Source of the DNA: Eledone cirrhosa
Taxonomy: Eukaryota
Assembly (NCBI GenBank): GCA_964016885.1
Contig: OZ024751.1
Location: 23,746,001 to 23,810,000 of the forward strand
DNA length: 64,000 nt
Direction of reading: 5' to 3'
Under the pieces are notes generated by a model. That model made no database searches. It saw only the letters and a program-made list of their open reading frames with translations, and was not told the DNA's origin. The translations under genes and the position numbers were made by a program. Every line of letters begins with the position of its first letter. The stretch's first letter is position 1. Of this stretch, positions 38,920 through 53,642 are shown in pieces.

Positions 38920-39720
38920 TGATTTTTCTACTTTTAGCACAGGACCAGCAATTATCCCAGTGCATTACTGGTACTTTATTTCATCGATCCGATAAGTATG
39001 AAAGGCAAAGTGAACCTTGGCGGGATTTGAACTCAGACCGTAAAGGACCGTAACTCTATGCTGCAAAGCATAGTGTCCGACTCTCCAACGAGACTGCCAA
39101 CCCGTATAGGCACAAAGCCAGTAATTTGGGAGGAGGGGAAAGTCGATCAAATAGATTCCAGTACGTTACTGGTACTTTATTTTATGGACCCAATAATGAT
39201 GAAAGGCAAAGTTAACCTCGGTGGGATTTGAACTCAGACCGTAAAAGGCCGTAACTCTGAGCTTCAAAGCATGGTGTCCGACCCTCTACCGATATTGCCA
39301 TCCACCGCCCTAAACAATACTTATAATTGTTTCTATTTTAGGCACAAGGCCAGCAATTACCCAGTACATTACTGGTACTTTATTTTATCGACCCCGTAAG
39401 GATGAAAGGCAAAGTCAACCTCGGCAGGATTTGAACTCAGATCGTAAAGGGACGTAACTATGCTGGAAAGCATGTCCGACCCTCTACCGATACTGCCAAT
39501 TCACCTACTTATAATAGATTCTGATTTACTCACATCAGCAATAAATCTGTGGGGAAGGGAATGTCGATTAAATTTATCCTAGTGCATTACTGGTACTTCA
39601 TTCATTCTATCGACCCCATAAGGATAAAAGGCAAAACTTATCACGGCGGGAATTCAACTCAGAGCGTAAAGGACCGTAATTCTATGCCATAACGCATGTT
39701 TTCAGACGCTCTACAGATTC
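38920..39720 (-). mobile_element. Tandem array of about 4 SINE copies
   Basis: Four head-to-tail reverse-complement copies of the 7901 family (ggatgaaaggcaaag...gggatttgaactcag). Confidence 0.85.
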
Positions 39721-42482
39721 GGTAGCTGAGAGTGTAACCCTACGATGTACTGGCGTCCGGTCCAGGGGAGAGTCTTGTACTCTCAGTTGCTTAACGCAAA
39801 GGGAAGATAAGCTCTGGCCGGATGAGCTACCGGGCTCAAGTTAGACTTTAGACTCTTAGAATGACGGGGATGCTAATCCTCTCATCAAAAGCAATGCAAA
39901 ATGAAAAGGCTTGCTTAAGAACACAACCTGCAGCTCGTTTCTGCAACAGAAACTATGCGCTTTTATGATCTGATTGTGAACCCACCGCCCTAAGCTGTAG
40001 GTCACACACCTTCAATATTTTACTGCATTCTTAGTCAAGACATAAATATAACATGGCTGAATATACAAATATGGACATATGCAAATAAATCTTAGTAAAG
40101 CGGAAATATGTAAGAAGAACAAGTGTAACTTTAGCTTGTAAAAATAAATTGCCATCTCCTCTGAATATGAACTGATGAGGGAATAAATCGGTTTACTTGA
40201 GTTGAAATAGAGCGTATAGAACGAATGTATTTCGTGGTATTTCAAAGAACTAACCTTATAAATTGTCATTGAATTGCAATGAAGTGGGCGATGTTATTCA
40301 CGGAGGTGGAGGTCATGATGATGATCATTATCATGATCATCAACTTCATCATGATCATCATCATGATCATCATCACCATCGTCATCATTATTTTCATCAT
40401 CATCACCATTATCAGCATTACTATAATAAATGAATGAGTAGAGTGTTGACCTGTCGTATTTGTATTTAAAGCATTTTATTTATAATACATTTCCTGACTG
40501 ATTCTACGATTCAATTAAATATTGATGTCTTTTGAATTGCAATACGATGAATGCATTACACATAATTCTTGGTATAACACGTTGGTTTTAGGTATTCATC
40601 ATGTTAGAGAAGAAACATGTTCTTTTCTGTCAATTTACTATGTAATAAATGTTTGTTGGTTTAAAATACGAAGAATAATGAGATAAATAGTTTCACTAAC
40701 ATAAAACCAAAACCTTCGAATCTTTAAATATCTGAAAGTGAGCTGTATTTGTTTCGATAATTAAAGTTATCTAAGGAGGGGGTGGAGAATGGCGGGAATG
40801 GTAATTTGACAATCATACAACGTTGTAATTTATTTACTTAAAGTCTAAAGTATGTCTCAAACCCGGGGGTCTTTCAGGCCGGCGTATACCCCGGTTTCCG
40901 TGGTGTTAATCAACTGAGAGTACAAGGGTCCCTTCGAAACAAAAAGAAACAAAAAGAAACAAAAAGAAAAAAAAAACATTTTCTTTTCTCTATTATCATT
41001 TATTTTCTCTATTATCCTCGGAATTCATATCACCATATATGTTTATAAATGTTTTTATATACAACTCTATTATACTTAAACATTGCCTTAGTTCTACCGA
41101 AAATGTAATACACCGAGCCCCGTTCACTGCAATATTCGACGCTCTATATCTTCACCAACAGTAATTCGAAAAACAAGAGTAAAGTTGGGGAAACATCCTA
41201 ATTTCAATTGAAGATGGTGATAATGACTTTAGAAAATGTGTGAGATTAAAAATATTTGATTTTTCCTTCACGAAAATGCACATTTGTTGCTAGTAAAAAC
41301 GGTAATAAAACGTAGTCGTTACTTTCGCACAGGAGAAGTTAAAAGTTAAATATAATTTAATTTTAGTCTCTCTTAGTTTTAACATGTCGCCTATGTTTGT
41401 GATTAGCATGTAGCTTTAACTTCGTTTAATATTCTTCATTCTCAACTCTCTTATCTAATTTAAATCTAATTTATAATCAGAAATGTGGTTAATTGCAAAT
41501 CTTTCCAATTTTTTTGCTAGTTCCAGAAAGTTAATATAAAAGGTGGCAATCTTTCCAACATGGTTATTACAGTCATTTGCAAAGAGCAAGGTTAATCATA
41601 GCGCAGCACAGGTGTCAAGAACTGCTAAAGCCTTATTCCTTAGACTGTCATATTATCCAACTGGGAGCCATCTTGATTATTTGAACCAGATTGCTAAATC
41701 AAAGAACAAAACTGTAATAATGTATCAAATGATATATCAAATGATATGTACAAAATAAAAGTAACTAAGTCTGTGTCAATCTATATATTAAAATCAAAGG
41801 GATTTAAACAAATCAATGATATGATTATATAGATTGGACAGATTTCTGATCCAATTCAGATCTTTGATGATCAGTTCATCAAAGAAAGAAAAAAGTGAGA
41901 AGTAGTTACTAAACTATCTTTTTACTTCATAACGACGACATATTTCTGTCATCTGGCTTTTAATTATAGTTTTCTTATCTCAATCAATTATATTAGTTGT
42001 ACAATGCAGGATAATAAATTGGCTTGATTTGTATATTTTGTTGGAGAAAAACTTTTGATATTACTTTCACTGGCGTTGACTTGAGCTTCAGAACGATGGC
42101 TCTTGTCATATGATCAATACAACACGCGCCAAATGTCTCCCTACAGAGAAGTCTATTGTCGAATAAATATGGTTGCGATCATCGATCAACGTACTGATAG
42201 GACTATTATACACGTCCACGTACAATATACCAATATTAAACATGTATTTAAAACACAGCGGAGTACAGAAAAGAATTGTAAAACGGCAAGTTAAATGCCT
42301 ACCGTATTTGAATTCAACCTTTAATATTCTGAGGTCTGAAAATACTACACGTAGTATTTCTTCTTTATTTCATATATATATATATATATTTGCTCTACCG
42401 TTCTTATATATTTGATGTATATTTATCCTTATTGAGCCCTCTTTGGATTTTAGTCTTCAAATGTATTATTATTACTATATAT

Positions 42483-42690
42483 ATAACGAGGGAAATGTGG
42501 TAAGGAACCAGGTGGAACATAACGCACCAAAGTACTCAATACTTAGGGTAGTAGAGTGGGTAATAAGAACGAGTAGGATCCCGACGGCTGAACTCAAGCC
42601 GTTTCGACGGCTAATTCTGGACTAAATACTTAGTCCAGAATTAACCGCCGAAACGGCTTGAGCTCAGCCGTCGGGGTCCTACTCGTTCCT
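42483..42690. mobile_element. Family B hairpin-ended repeat
   Basis: Arms at about 42567-42625 and 42630-42688 are reverse complements. Body homologous to 8319-8455 in the opposite orientation. Confidence 0.8.
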
Positions 42691-43030
42691 ATATATATAT
42701 ATATATATATATATGAAAGACGTAAAATAAGAAAATTTTAAAAATTAAAAATTAACTTACTTACTAAATTCTATATATATATATATATATGTATATTATA
42801 TACATATATATGTATATATATGGTATAACAAGTTATCGTTTTAGGTAATCCAGCTAGAGGTTGTGAGTGGTGAGTACTATGGATAGTTTTAACGTACGGC
42901 GTTGTTTGAGGTCGAGTGACGCAACTCCGAGTGATCAGCGGCCTGTAGACTCACCTGATCAATGAAACAATTGTTAATACTGTAAATAAACCCTTTTTGT
43001 ACAACCGACCATTTTATTCTTCACTCCTTC

Positions 43031-43109
<79 letters not shown>

Positions 43110-43139
43110 TGTATGTATCTCTCTCTCTCTATATATATA

Positions 43140-43854
43140 TATTAATGTGTGTAGAAGTAAACACAGTAAACCCATGTCTAAAATTACGAGGGTAGATTAC
43201 ACCACAAATGTTATATATCATTCAACCTGAATCATATGGGATGTTACAAGATTTCTTACAAGATTTCTCATATATACCATATCAATAACTATTTCATCTC
43301 CCGGACAGACTAAAGATTTAATCTGTTTCGCCCTGAATGAATCGTGTTTGTAACAAGTAATCCGTAGGCATTTCGTCAGCGAAAGATAAGACTAAATGTT
43401 ACACAACACCTATAACGATAAACTCACTAAAGTTTACACCTCGTGCGTTGAAAGACATATGCGGTGCGAGTGGTTATGCTAGAAATAATAGCCTATTTAC
43501 ACTCATTTTTATAAGCTCAACAGATAAGGAGCCGAAATACAAATAAAATATAGAGTTATTAACTCATATAGACACCCTGCAATTAACAAGCTCAAAGTAT
43601 AAATACTGAGAATTATAATATTAATATGTATAGAAGTAAACACAGTAAACCCATGTCTAAAATTACGAGGGTATATTTCACCACAAATGTTATATATCAT
43701 TCAACCTGAATCATATGGGATGTTACAAGATTTCTTACAAGATTTCTCATACATACAATATCAATAACCACATCTACACATATTAATATTATAATCTTCA
43801 GTATTTATACTTTGAGCTTGTTAATTGCAGGGTATCTATATGGGTTAATAACTG

Positions 43855-43865
<11 letters not shown>
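43140..43865. repeat. Direct plus inverted repeat composite (pLTR-like)
   Basis: 43140-43290 is repeated directly at 43620-43768. About 43532-43633 is inverted at about 43773-43864. Confidence 0.8.
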
Positions 43866-43911
<46 letters not shown>

Positions 43912-45120
43912 GTATGAATGTGTGTACGTGTGTATGTGACGGAAATAGTATAACCTCCATGCACCTATTGAGTTTGTCTGGGAAAATAAAATGCCATTTC
44001 ACAAGCTAGATATTGAATACTAATACCTATTGGATCTACATAAGAAGGGAAGGTGTTAACACAACGGCGAATAGTTGTAAAAGTAATCCAAATAGAGAGT
44101 TATTCCTAGAAATTGCAACCAGACCAGCGGCAAACAACACAGACATCTCATAAATATATATATAACTGTAAAAAATCTGATAAAAACACGGAAAAATGGC
44201 AGTCATTCTCAGCCTATTCTTAGTGTAGTGATTAACACATTCGGCCGGCATTCGAGAAATATGGATTTCGATATTCCATTATGACAGCTGACCACGTATG
44301 TCCGTTTCGTAAATGTATTGTCCCCGATTTTATAATGCTATTTCGTATAACGATGTTTTGTTGTTCCAGCTATTTTCTGCGTTTGTATCCCCACATCTAT
44401 GTAGATAGATAGATAGATATGTAAAATCCCGACCACGGTGACAGGAGTATAGGTATATATATTTCATTATAAAAATGAATTATACAGGACTGGAACTGTT
44501 TCATTCGTAAGAAATCACTCTGATGAAGCACTTTTCGTCCTGTGGAAGTAATTTCTGTCAGTCGATGTGACCGGCAGATAGTATCAACAATGGAAAGACA
44601 CAAGGAAACTTTTTCTTGATGCCATTTGACGACCGGCTCATTTCTCTCATATCTGAAAACCTCATTGAAAAAAGAAAATGTTTATTTTTCATTACAGGAT
44701 TTCTGATGCATAAACGACAGACAGTAGTAGATCCTGCTACAGATATTTTACTCTACTCCCGTCATTTCTAAATATTTAATGCATAAAATGACGATATCAT
44801 ATTGCCATTAGCTAAATGTCGTGATTTGTGACTCTAGTTTAAATAATCGATATTGGTTTGCAGAATTGCAGTAAATCCAATTGGAAAACCATGCCTAAAT
44901 ATTAAACAGGAAATATAACTACATGTGTGACGCATCTAACATTATTTGTTGCTTTTAGTAATTTAAGCTGTTGTGTTCTTAATATTAGGGTGTGTATAAT
45001 GTAAATTTAAATCGAAATAATGCTACTGAAAATATGATGAAATATATTATAAATTACACAACTTGTAAAGTACAAAATCGCTTCACAGTGCATCTTCACA
45101 CACACATACACACATACACA

Positions 45121-45167
<47 letters not shown>

Positions 45168-45333
45168 CTGTGTGTCTGTGTGTGTCTTTGTATGTGTGTG
45201 TGTGGTGAGCGTGTGTTTGTATGTATGTATGTACATGATATATTATTCGTATACACAAGTATATAGACCAAAATGTGTGCATTTACAATTAATGAGAGGT
45301 ACCACACTGAACAGGTGGTCGTTTCTCTCTCTC

Positions 45334-45383
<50 letters not shown>

Positions 45384-45523
45384 GTACACGAGACTATACG
45401 CTCGTGCATCTCTATGTTGAGGTTAGTTAGGGAAGATTACACATTTTGTGCACGCTGATTAACCTTAAAGAGGAGGCAGTGATCTGGTCTATAATTAGAA
45501 GTCACGAGAAACCCCATTCTCGC

Positions 45524-45576
<53 letters not shown>

Positions 45577-45801
45577 ATATATATATATATATATATATAT
45601 ATACGTGCGTATATAATGAGATCCTTTGCATCGAGCTCACTGAAGATATTTGGGAGGAACTATTTTATGCAAATATAGGGTATGTTCATAAACTGAGACT
45701 GCATTTCTCCGCCGTTAATTATAAAATGTATAAAATGAACATGAATGTGTTATCAAATTATATATAATATAATACTCCCTACCCTCACTTTCTCTCACAC
45801 A

Positions 45802-46100
<299 letters not shown>

Positions 46101-46109
46101 ATATATATG

Positions 46110-46648
46110 ATGGCTGCCCCCTCGTCATCGAGTATGGCCATTGAACGATATAACATTATTAATAATTATTAATTAATTCTGTCGTGCAATGCCTGTGCGT
46201 GAAGATATTTTCTAAAGTAAGGGAATACTATGCACTGAGTCAAACTCACTCTCTGAGCAACAGTAGCTATAACCCGTAAAGATCAACATCATCGGTAACT
46301 ACTGAGCCGCAGGTTATCCCAGTTTCTTGAGTTGCCTAGAAGAATGCCTTGACAAAGGCTAGGGGGCCTTCACTCGCAGTGGTTTAACCGCGTGATCGGG
46401 TGTCCAGCCCGACTATTTCTATGTCCCCGCGTATATACATACACATGCACCCATGTATATACACATATACATATACATATACATACACATGTGCATATAC
46501 ATATTTACACACTTTCGGATGGCCGTTGACTCTTATGAGTTCTTCCACCCTTTGTCAGGTTTTGTTTCTTGTCCTTCAGGGTGTCCAAAATCACCCTCCT
46601 CACGAAGTAAACTTGGTGGGGTTGCCGGTTTAGTCGCCGACGACCCGA

Positions 46649-46650
<2 letters not shown>
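46110..46650 (-). mobile_element. Family A (RTE-related) element
   Basis: Close reverse complement of 1010-1390, extended at its 5' end. Confidence 0.7.
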
Positions 46651-46716
<66 letters not shown>

Positions 46717-46718
46717 TG

Positions 46719-46827
46719 GTCTGGTACATTGAAATATCCATTGTATATGCATTTATATTGGTAAGTATTTGTAAAAAGAAACTCTGTGGTTTAAAATATA
46801 TGATATATAAATACGTATATATATATG

Positions 46828-46894
<67 letters not shown>

Positions 46895-47176
46895 GTCCTA
46901 AAAGCGCTCATATATTCACCTAGCTTATGCTAAACAGAATAATTTTTGAAGCTTGTTTCTTTCCCCTGGTTAGCCTTACTCTTCGTTGTTCTCCTGTCTC
47001 ACTCGCTTTACGCGTTTTAATTGTCCTAATAACTTATTTTGGTTATTATTGCACCGACGTGAGGTATATGATTTTTAATGCAATGAAATATCTATGATCG
47101 TCGGTAAATCACTGATGAGGGACTCATTTTATTACATGTTATCCATGTGCTACCTGCAGTATTTTTCTCTATATTT

Positions 47177-47211
<35 letters not shown>

Positions 47212-47337
47212 CATATAGATATATGTTTATGAATATATATATATATGAATACACATATACCCTGTATTTTCGCGTGGTATTTCATTATATATATATGTCT
47301 GCGTGTGTATGTGTGTGTATGTATATACACACATATA

Positions 47338-47423
<86 letters not shown>

Positions 47424-47907
47424 CATATATGATATATAAATACGTATATATATGTATATACACATATATATATATATACATATATATACGTATTTATATA
47501 TCATATATTTAAAACCACAGAGTTTCTTTTTACAAATACTTACCAATATAAATGCATATACAATGGATATTTCAATGTACCAGACCACTATTATATATAA
47601 TTGTTTCTACATTTGGCACAAGGCCAGCAATCACCCAGTACATTACTGGTACTTTATTTTATCGACCCCGTAAGGATGAAAGGCAAACTTGACCTCGGCG
47701 AGGTCTGAGTTCAAATCCCGCCGAGGTCAACTTTGCCTTCCATTCTTACGGGGTCGATAAAATAAAGTACCAGTAATGCACTGGGATAATTGCTGGCCTT
47801 GTGCCAAATGTAGAAACAATTATATTTAATAGTAGTCTGGTACAGTGAAATATCCATTGTATATGCATTTATATTGCTAAGTATTTGTAAAGAGAAACTC
47901 TGTGGTT
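46719..47907. repeat. Complex inverted triplication with SINE fold-back
   Basis: gtctggtacattgaaatatccattg...actctgtgg occurs at 46719 (+), about 47515-47586 (-) and 47835-47907 (+). 47515-47700 pairs with 47718-47907, including SINE 3' halves. Confidence 0.85.
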
Positions 47908-48354
47908 ATATAATAGAACTATTTATTACTATTGTCACTACAAATCCCTTTTTATAAAATTTATTGTTACATAAATATTTAAAAATGAAACTTTCCTTCT
48001 GTTAGACATAAACAGGATGTTTTCATATTAATGATCTCTGCGTCAGTTCATAATACATAAAGTTTTATTGTTGTAGCATAGCATTGTTTGCTAAGTAATA
48101 TTTTCTGACTAGCCATCCTTTTATCTCATCTACACACATATATGAATGTGGTGAGAAAAGAAAAGTACGCAGTTATCTATGCGTGCGTATATGTTTATAC
48201 CTGTTTATCTATCTAATTAACTATGTATATTTTTACATGTATATGTGTACATATAAGTATGTATATGCATTGTAATACGAATAAATACCTATAATGGCTC
48301 GTGGCCCACTGATGACGGATAGTCCTGGCTTCTATTTCTAATTCTTTATTATAT

Positions 48355-48712
48355 ATATGGTGGATGGGTGCTACACGAGAATGCTGAGGATGGCTCTGAA
48401 CATTAATCAGTATACACTGAGGATGAAAAACTCAGAGCTGTATGGGAGCATCCCAAAAGTCAGCTCAAAAGTGACACCGAAGAGACTGAGGTTAGCTGGA
48501 CATGCTCACGGAACCCGGAGTTGACATTGCACTCAGTTCTCCGGTGGGAGCCCCTACATGGACACACTAGAAGAGGAAGATCAAGGTTAAAGTATGTTGT
48601 TGCCCTAAGGACAGACACTGGTCTGTTGAAGACGCAGGACATGGCAGCGATAATGAGGGACAGAGACCGCTGGAGGGAACTCGTCCATGGATCTCGGGAA
48701 TTTTACCCGCAA
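48355..48712 (+). mobile_element. RTE-clade LINE 3' end fragment
   Basis: DGCYTRMLRMALNI, RRLRLAGHAH, LRWEPLHGHTRRGRSRLKYV...DTGL, MRDRDRWR. Shorter related copy at about 50440-50620. Confidence 0.75.
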
Positions 48713-48949
48713 GTGGAGACTTGGATTTTCAAGTCTCCACTTCTGTGGTTTACCATTTGATTAATTGGTGAAATATATTTCTTTAATGGAATATATACAG
48801 GGAAGATTAATCATATTATAAGGTATCTATTTTTTAAGTTCTGGTCAACTTTATTTAGTTACCTACCTAGCTATGTGTGGTTACACACTTGTAAAACTCA
48901 TCTCCTGTGATTATTCATGTTTATTTATATGTTAATCAATCTCTAGTTA

Positions 48950-49036
<87 letters not shown>

Positions 49037-49367
49037 GTTATACTTTGGGAGGGTCATGTTGCCAATAAGAAACACACGCACCAGCTGCTTTCACTTCAAT
49101 TTATTATAATAAATTTATAAATTTAGGAATTTATAAATTTCCGGTCAGTTGGTTGGTTCCACAACCAGATGGTTGTGTGTATATTGTCAAATTTCTTTCG
49201 TCACACATTCTGTGACCTCTTCAGTGACTGGGGATTCTTTTCTTTGTTTTTTTGTGCCTCTCCTTTGTTCTGTCCTACGCCATCTTGTTCCGACGCCATC
49301 TTGTTCCTATGCCATCGGTTTCAACACACGTTTTAAGATAAAGAATCTTGGTAAACAAATTCACAAA

Positions 49368-49413
<46 letters not shown>

Positions 49414-49527
49414 GTTTGTATATGTATAATAAAGCCAAAACAATGCAGGTATGGACATAGAATAAAGAATGCAAATGCAAAAGATATTGTTGACAATTAG
49501 TCTTTTACCTTAGATTTATTTAAATGT

Positions 49528-49562
49528 CCTTAATTTTCGAGATAATATCTCTTCTTCAGAGG
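49528..49562 (-). ncRNA. Very short hammerhead-like motif
   Basis: Minus strand reads cct CTGAAGA a gagat(att)atctc GAAA at TA agg. Palindromic aatt stem III, 3-bp stem I, one extra A after the core. Confidence 0.45.
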
Positions 49563-49623
49563 GAAGTAAAGTTGTCACACCAGTGTTCTAAATAGCTTGC
49601 CAAGTCATATAACCTCCTCCTCC

Positions 49624-49739
<116 letters not shown>

Positions 49740-49890
49740 TTAGATGCATAAATATAGGTTTATGTATATATGTATGCCCACTCTCGTTGTTAAACACGAG
49801 CACGCATACACGTTGACACACGTACCTCTATAGATAGGCGGAAATTTATCGTTGTCTTTTCAGAGTGGGCCAATGATAGAGATATGTATG

Positions 49891-49929
<39 letters not shown>

Positions 49930-50195
49930 GGAGAGAGAGAGAGGGAGAGAGAGGGAGAGAGAGAGAGAGAGAGAGAAAGAGGGGTGGGAGTCAGGTAGAT
50001 ATACAGAGAATGAGAGAGATTGTTAGATAGATATATAGAGAGAAAGAAAGAGATAGGTATAGATAGATAAACAGATAGGTAAATGGATAGAGATTGAGAT
50101 ACAGAAGCGCAGAATGAGAGAGAGAAAGAGAGAAAGAGAGAAAGAGAGACAGAGAGATAGATAGATAGAGATAGAGAGAGAGCGAGAGAGAGAGC

Positions 50196-50237
<42 letters not shown>

Positions 50238-53200
50238 AGGAGAGAGAGAAAGGGGCGATAGGAAATGTAGAGGAAACTTAATGATTAATTCTTGTCAGAT
50301 GAGTTCTTGTAAGATTATGAATCTTTTCTGTGTGTCACTCTATCGTTTAATCCATTCATTTCATGCGCCACTGTTTCGGTTTCTATTATCTAATTTCCAA
50401 AAATGTACGCATCACTATACTCCTTGCTTTAAACTAAATTTGGAGTTGACACTGCAGTCAGTGGTCCTGTGGGAGCCCCTACACACAAGAAGGTGGAGAT
50501 AGAGGATGACATATAGTCATGCCCTAAGGAGAGACACTAGTCTCTGGGAGACGGAAGACATGGTGCCGATGAAGATTGACATAGACCACTGGAGAGAACT
50601 CGTCCATGGATCTCGGTAATTTTATTTTTCAGCCAAGAACCATATCCACACGGGGGAAGCTAATCAAACCTCAATAGTTGCATAGTCCCAAATTTGTGTG
50701 AAATATTCATTCCCGACCACTTTGGTATTTTGGATACATTGATATTTAAATATACATTTGGACTCCTCCATTGGCTAGATTTCCTCCCTATGTCCTCCCT
50801 GAGCTAACATTCGTTCGACATGAGCCAAGTGTCTCCAGTTTGAGAAAAGAATGGATTCGGGTTACTTGCAGCGGTTGTAAAACTGGAAGCCAGATGTAAG
50901 ACATATTTCAGTGTTAGTTTCTAGTCCTTAATTATTATTTTTTTTTTGTATGCTGAATTAAACAATCTGTAGCGGTGATGATTCTTCCTTTTATTCAATC
51001 AAATAAATAGCCTAATAACAAACTTAACGGACTGAGCACCACACAGCACCTTATTGACCAAAACGCATTTGAATATTTGAATATTCTTACAAGTACATTA
51101 AGCAGAGTTGGATCGGTATATCAGACGAAATTTTGATTCTTTCTTATTCCCGTGTAATTTCCTGTTGATCACGTTACAGAGCAGCTCTGATAAGGTTTGA
51201 TTTCTTATTTCTTCCCAGTAATATTTTGCTTCTTAACGTGTTGCCTTTAATATTCACGTCGGCGGAGGTCAACATCTGCTCACTTTCATTCCCATAACAT
51301 TTCCTTTGACGCTGTTTTAGATTTTAATTTGTTTTGATGTTTTATTTTAGTTAATTTTGGGGGTTTATTTTTCATGTCATTCATTGTAGAAATCCTTTCC
51401 AATAGTGACGGACATTTTGTTTTTATTCAAATAAATGTTGTCAGGTTTCGTGACGAAGGATTCTTTGTAATTTCGCGCCTTTTGATCTCGTACTTTTCTT
51501 GTTTTTATATTTCCGTAGTATTTGTCTTTCGTAGTATTTGGTTATATGAATATGTATGATTTCGTTGTCAATCTTATTAAGACTCCAGCGATTTATATTT
51601 TTTTGTTAATGTTCATATATATTTGTTAATTGTATTCTATCTTTTTAGGCTTGGCTTTCGGTGATCCTACATAAAATGTCTAAGAATCTAATCGCATTCG
51701 TTTTGACGACTATGACTACTGCACGAACAACAATTTAATTATTCCGGAGATATCGGTGAGTGTATATGTGTGTATGATATTTATGCTTGCACGTTTTTCG
51801 CGTTAGTTGTTTCGATTTATAACTAGGAATCATCTTTTGGGAATATATTTCGTTGTTTCAAAGGCAAATCTATTAATTTTACTTCACTATATAACCAACT
51901 CTACGATTCTAGAATACTGTCTAACTAAATATCTAGGGTATTTCCAAAATCTCATCTCATCTATAATGAATTGTGTTCATATGTTTTACTTTGTGATGTT
52001 TTGGTTCGGTATATTTTGTTTGATATTACGTTGCTATATTGATATTCGATTTTCTGTTTTCTTAATTTTTCTACTTTGTTTGATTTGCAAATTTGTATAT
52101 ACCCAGTCTTTAGATTTGTTTTTTTTTCTGCTCCGTTCCTAAGCAGTTTAATCTACTAGGAATCGATCTTTCATAGATAATTATGTGAATATCACATATT
52201 GTTTGAATATATACAATGCTTAGGGATATTTATCTTATTAGTTTTCGACAGCAAACCGATGCGTATTTGTATTAAACGGCCAGGTGTTTTATTTCGATAG
52301 CCTGTAATTTTGATAATATTTGTTTAAGCGCTCATGCACAATCCGATTGCAACTTTTACTTCCTCTACGTCAATATCAATGTGGACATTATCACAGACTA
52401 GATCTAAAGATTTAAACACAATTTAATAAAACGGCTTAGCTTATCTCTCCCTGAGACAGAGAATTACAACCATTTATATTTAGACATGATAACCGTATTT
52501 CCGAAACGTAATGGTTACGAATGGATTAATTTATTTACTTTAAGCACCAGATTTCCTCATTAGATTTCCTCATTAGATTTTCTCATTAGATTTTGATACT
52601 AGATGTTAAAAGGTTTAAAGTAATTTTCTTATTAGTTTTTATTACTAAATAGAATATGTTTTAGATTGTCAAATATTTCAAAGACCGGTTTATTTGTTTC
52701 AAATATCGTAGAGCTTTTCCCGATCCGTGTTTCATATTTTATATGTATCATATTAAAAAGGGAACGGAGCCCATCGAAAAAGTACATGAATGAAACAATG
52801 TTTCCACTGATCTTATAATTCTGATGATATCTACCCGTCGTAACTCCTGACAGAAGTTATAATGTAATGGATAGACTCATGAACTGCTTAATGAACTCAA
52901 CCACAAGGATATGGTCCGAACGTGGAAGAGCCGAACTACCACTGTCATCACCTTAATCTCTCTTGCCCTCCCCATCTCTATGTATGGTTAGCAATTGGGG
53001 TCCCCCGTGCTAGTCTCCCCACAGCACCGGCGGACAGAATGGAAAAGGCGTTTCCCAGAAGGATGGTAAGGGGGATGCGCTGTATTTTGCACAGAATTTT
53101 TCTCAAGAACATTACGAGCCACTCAATTCAGAAATCGAAGCCACTACCTCATAATCTGCGTTCAACATTATAACTGCTAGGCCACGTGCTTTCACATTAG

Positions 53201-53577
53201 AAGTGAAAACTAAACGTAGATATTACACTTTTTTTTTTAAGAATCATAATGTTTTTATTTTTTGGGAGAGATGACATTCACGGTTGATACTCAGAGTGAT
53301 TGTTGACCTGTAGTGTTCCTCTATCAGCCTTAGGTATTCAGCTCCCTGAACCAGGAGAATTGACTCTCTAACATAATTCTATATTATCTACCCCTATCTT
53401 GTATACTATGTATACATGTTACCCATTTTTTCTCATATTTAAGTAACCCCCACCCCATGTTAATTGTGATTGTAATATTAATTTCATCCGCTGCCATCGT
53501 GGCAAATAAAAGGAATCACACTTATCATCATCATCTTTATTATCATTATCATTGTTGTTTCTAATATAATAATACTG

Positions 53578-53642
<65 letters not shown>

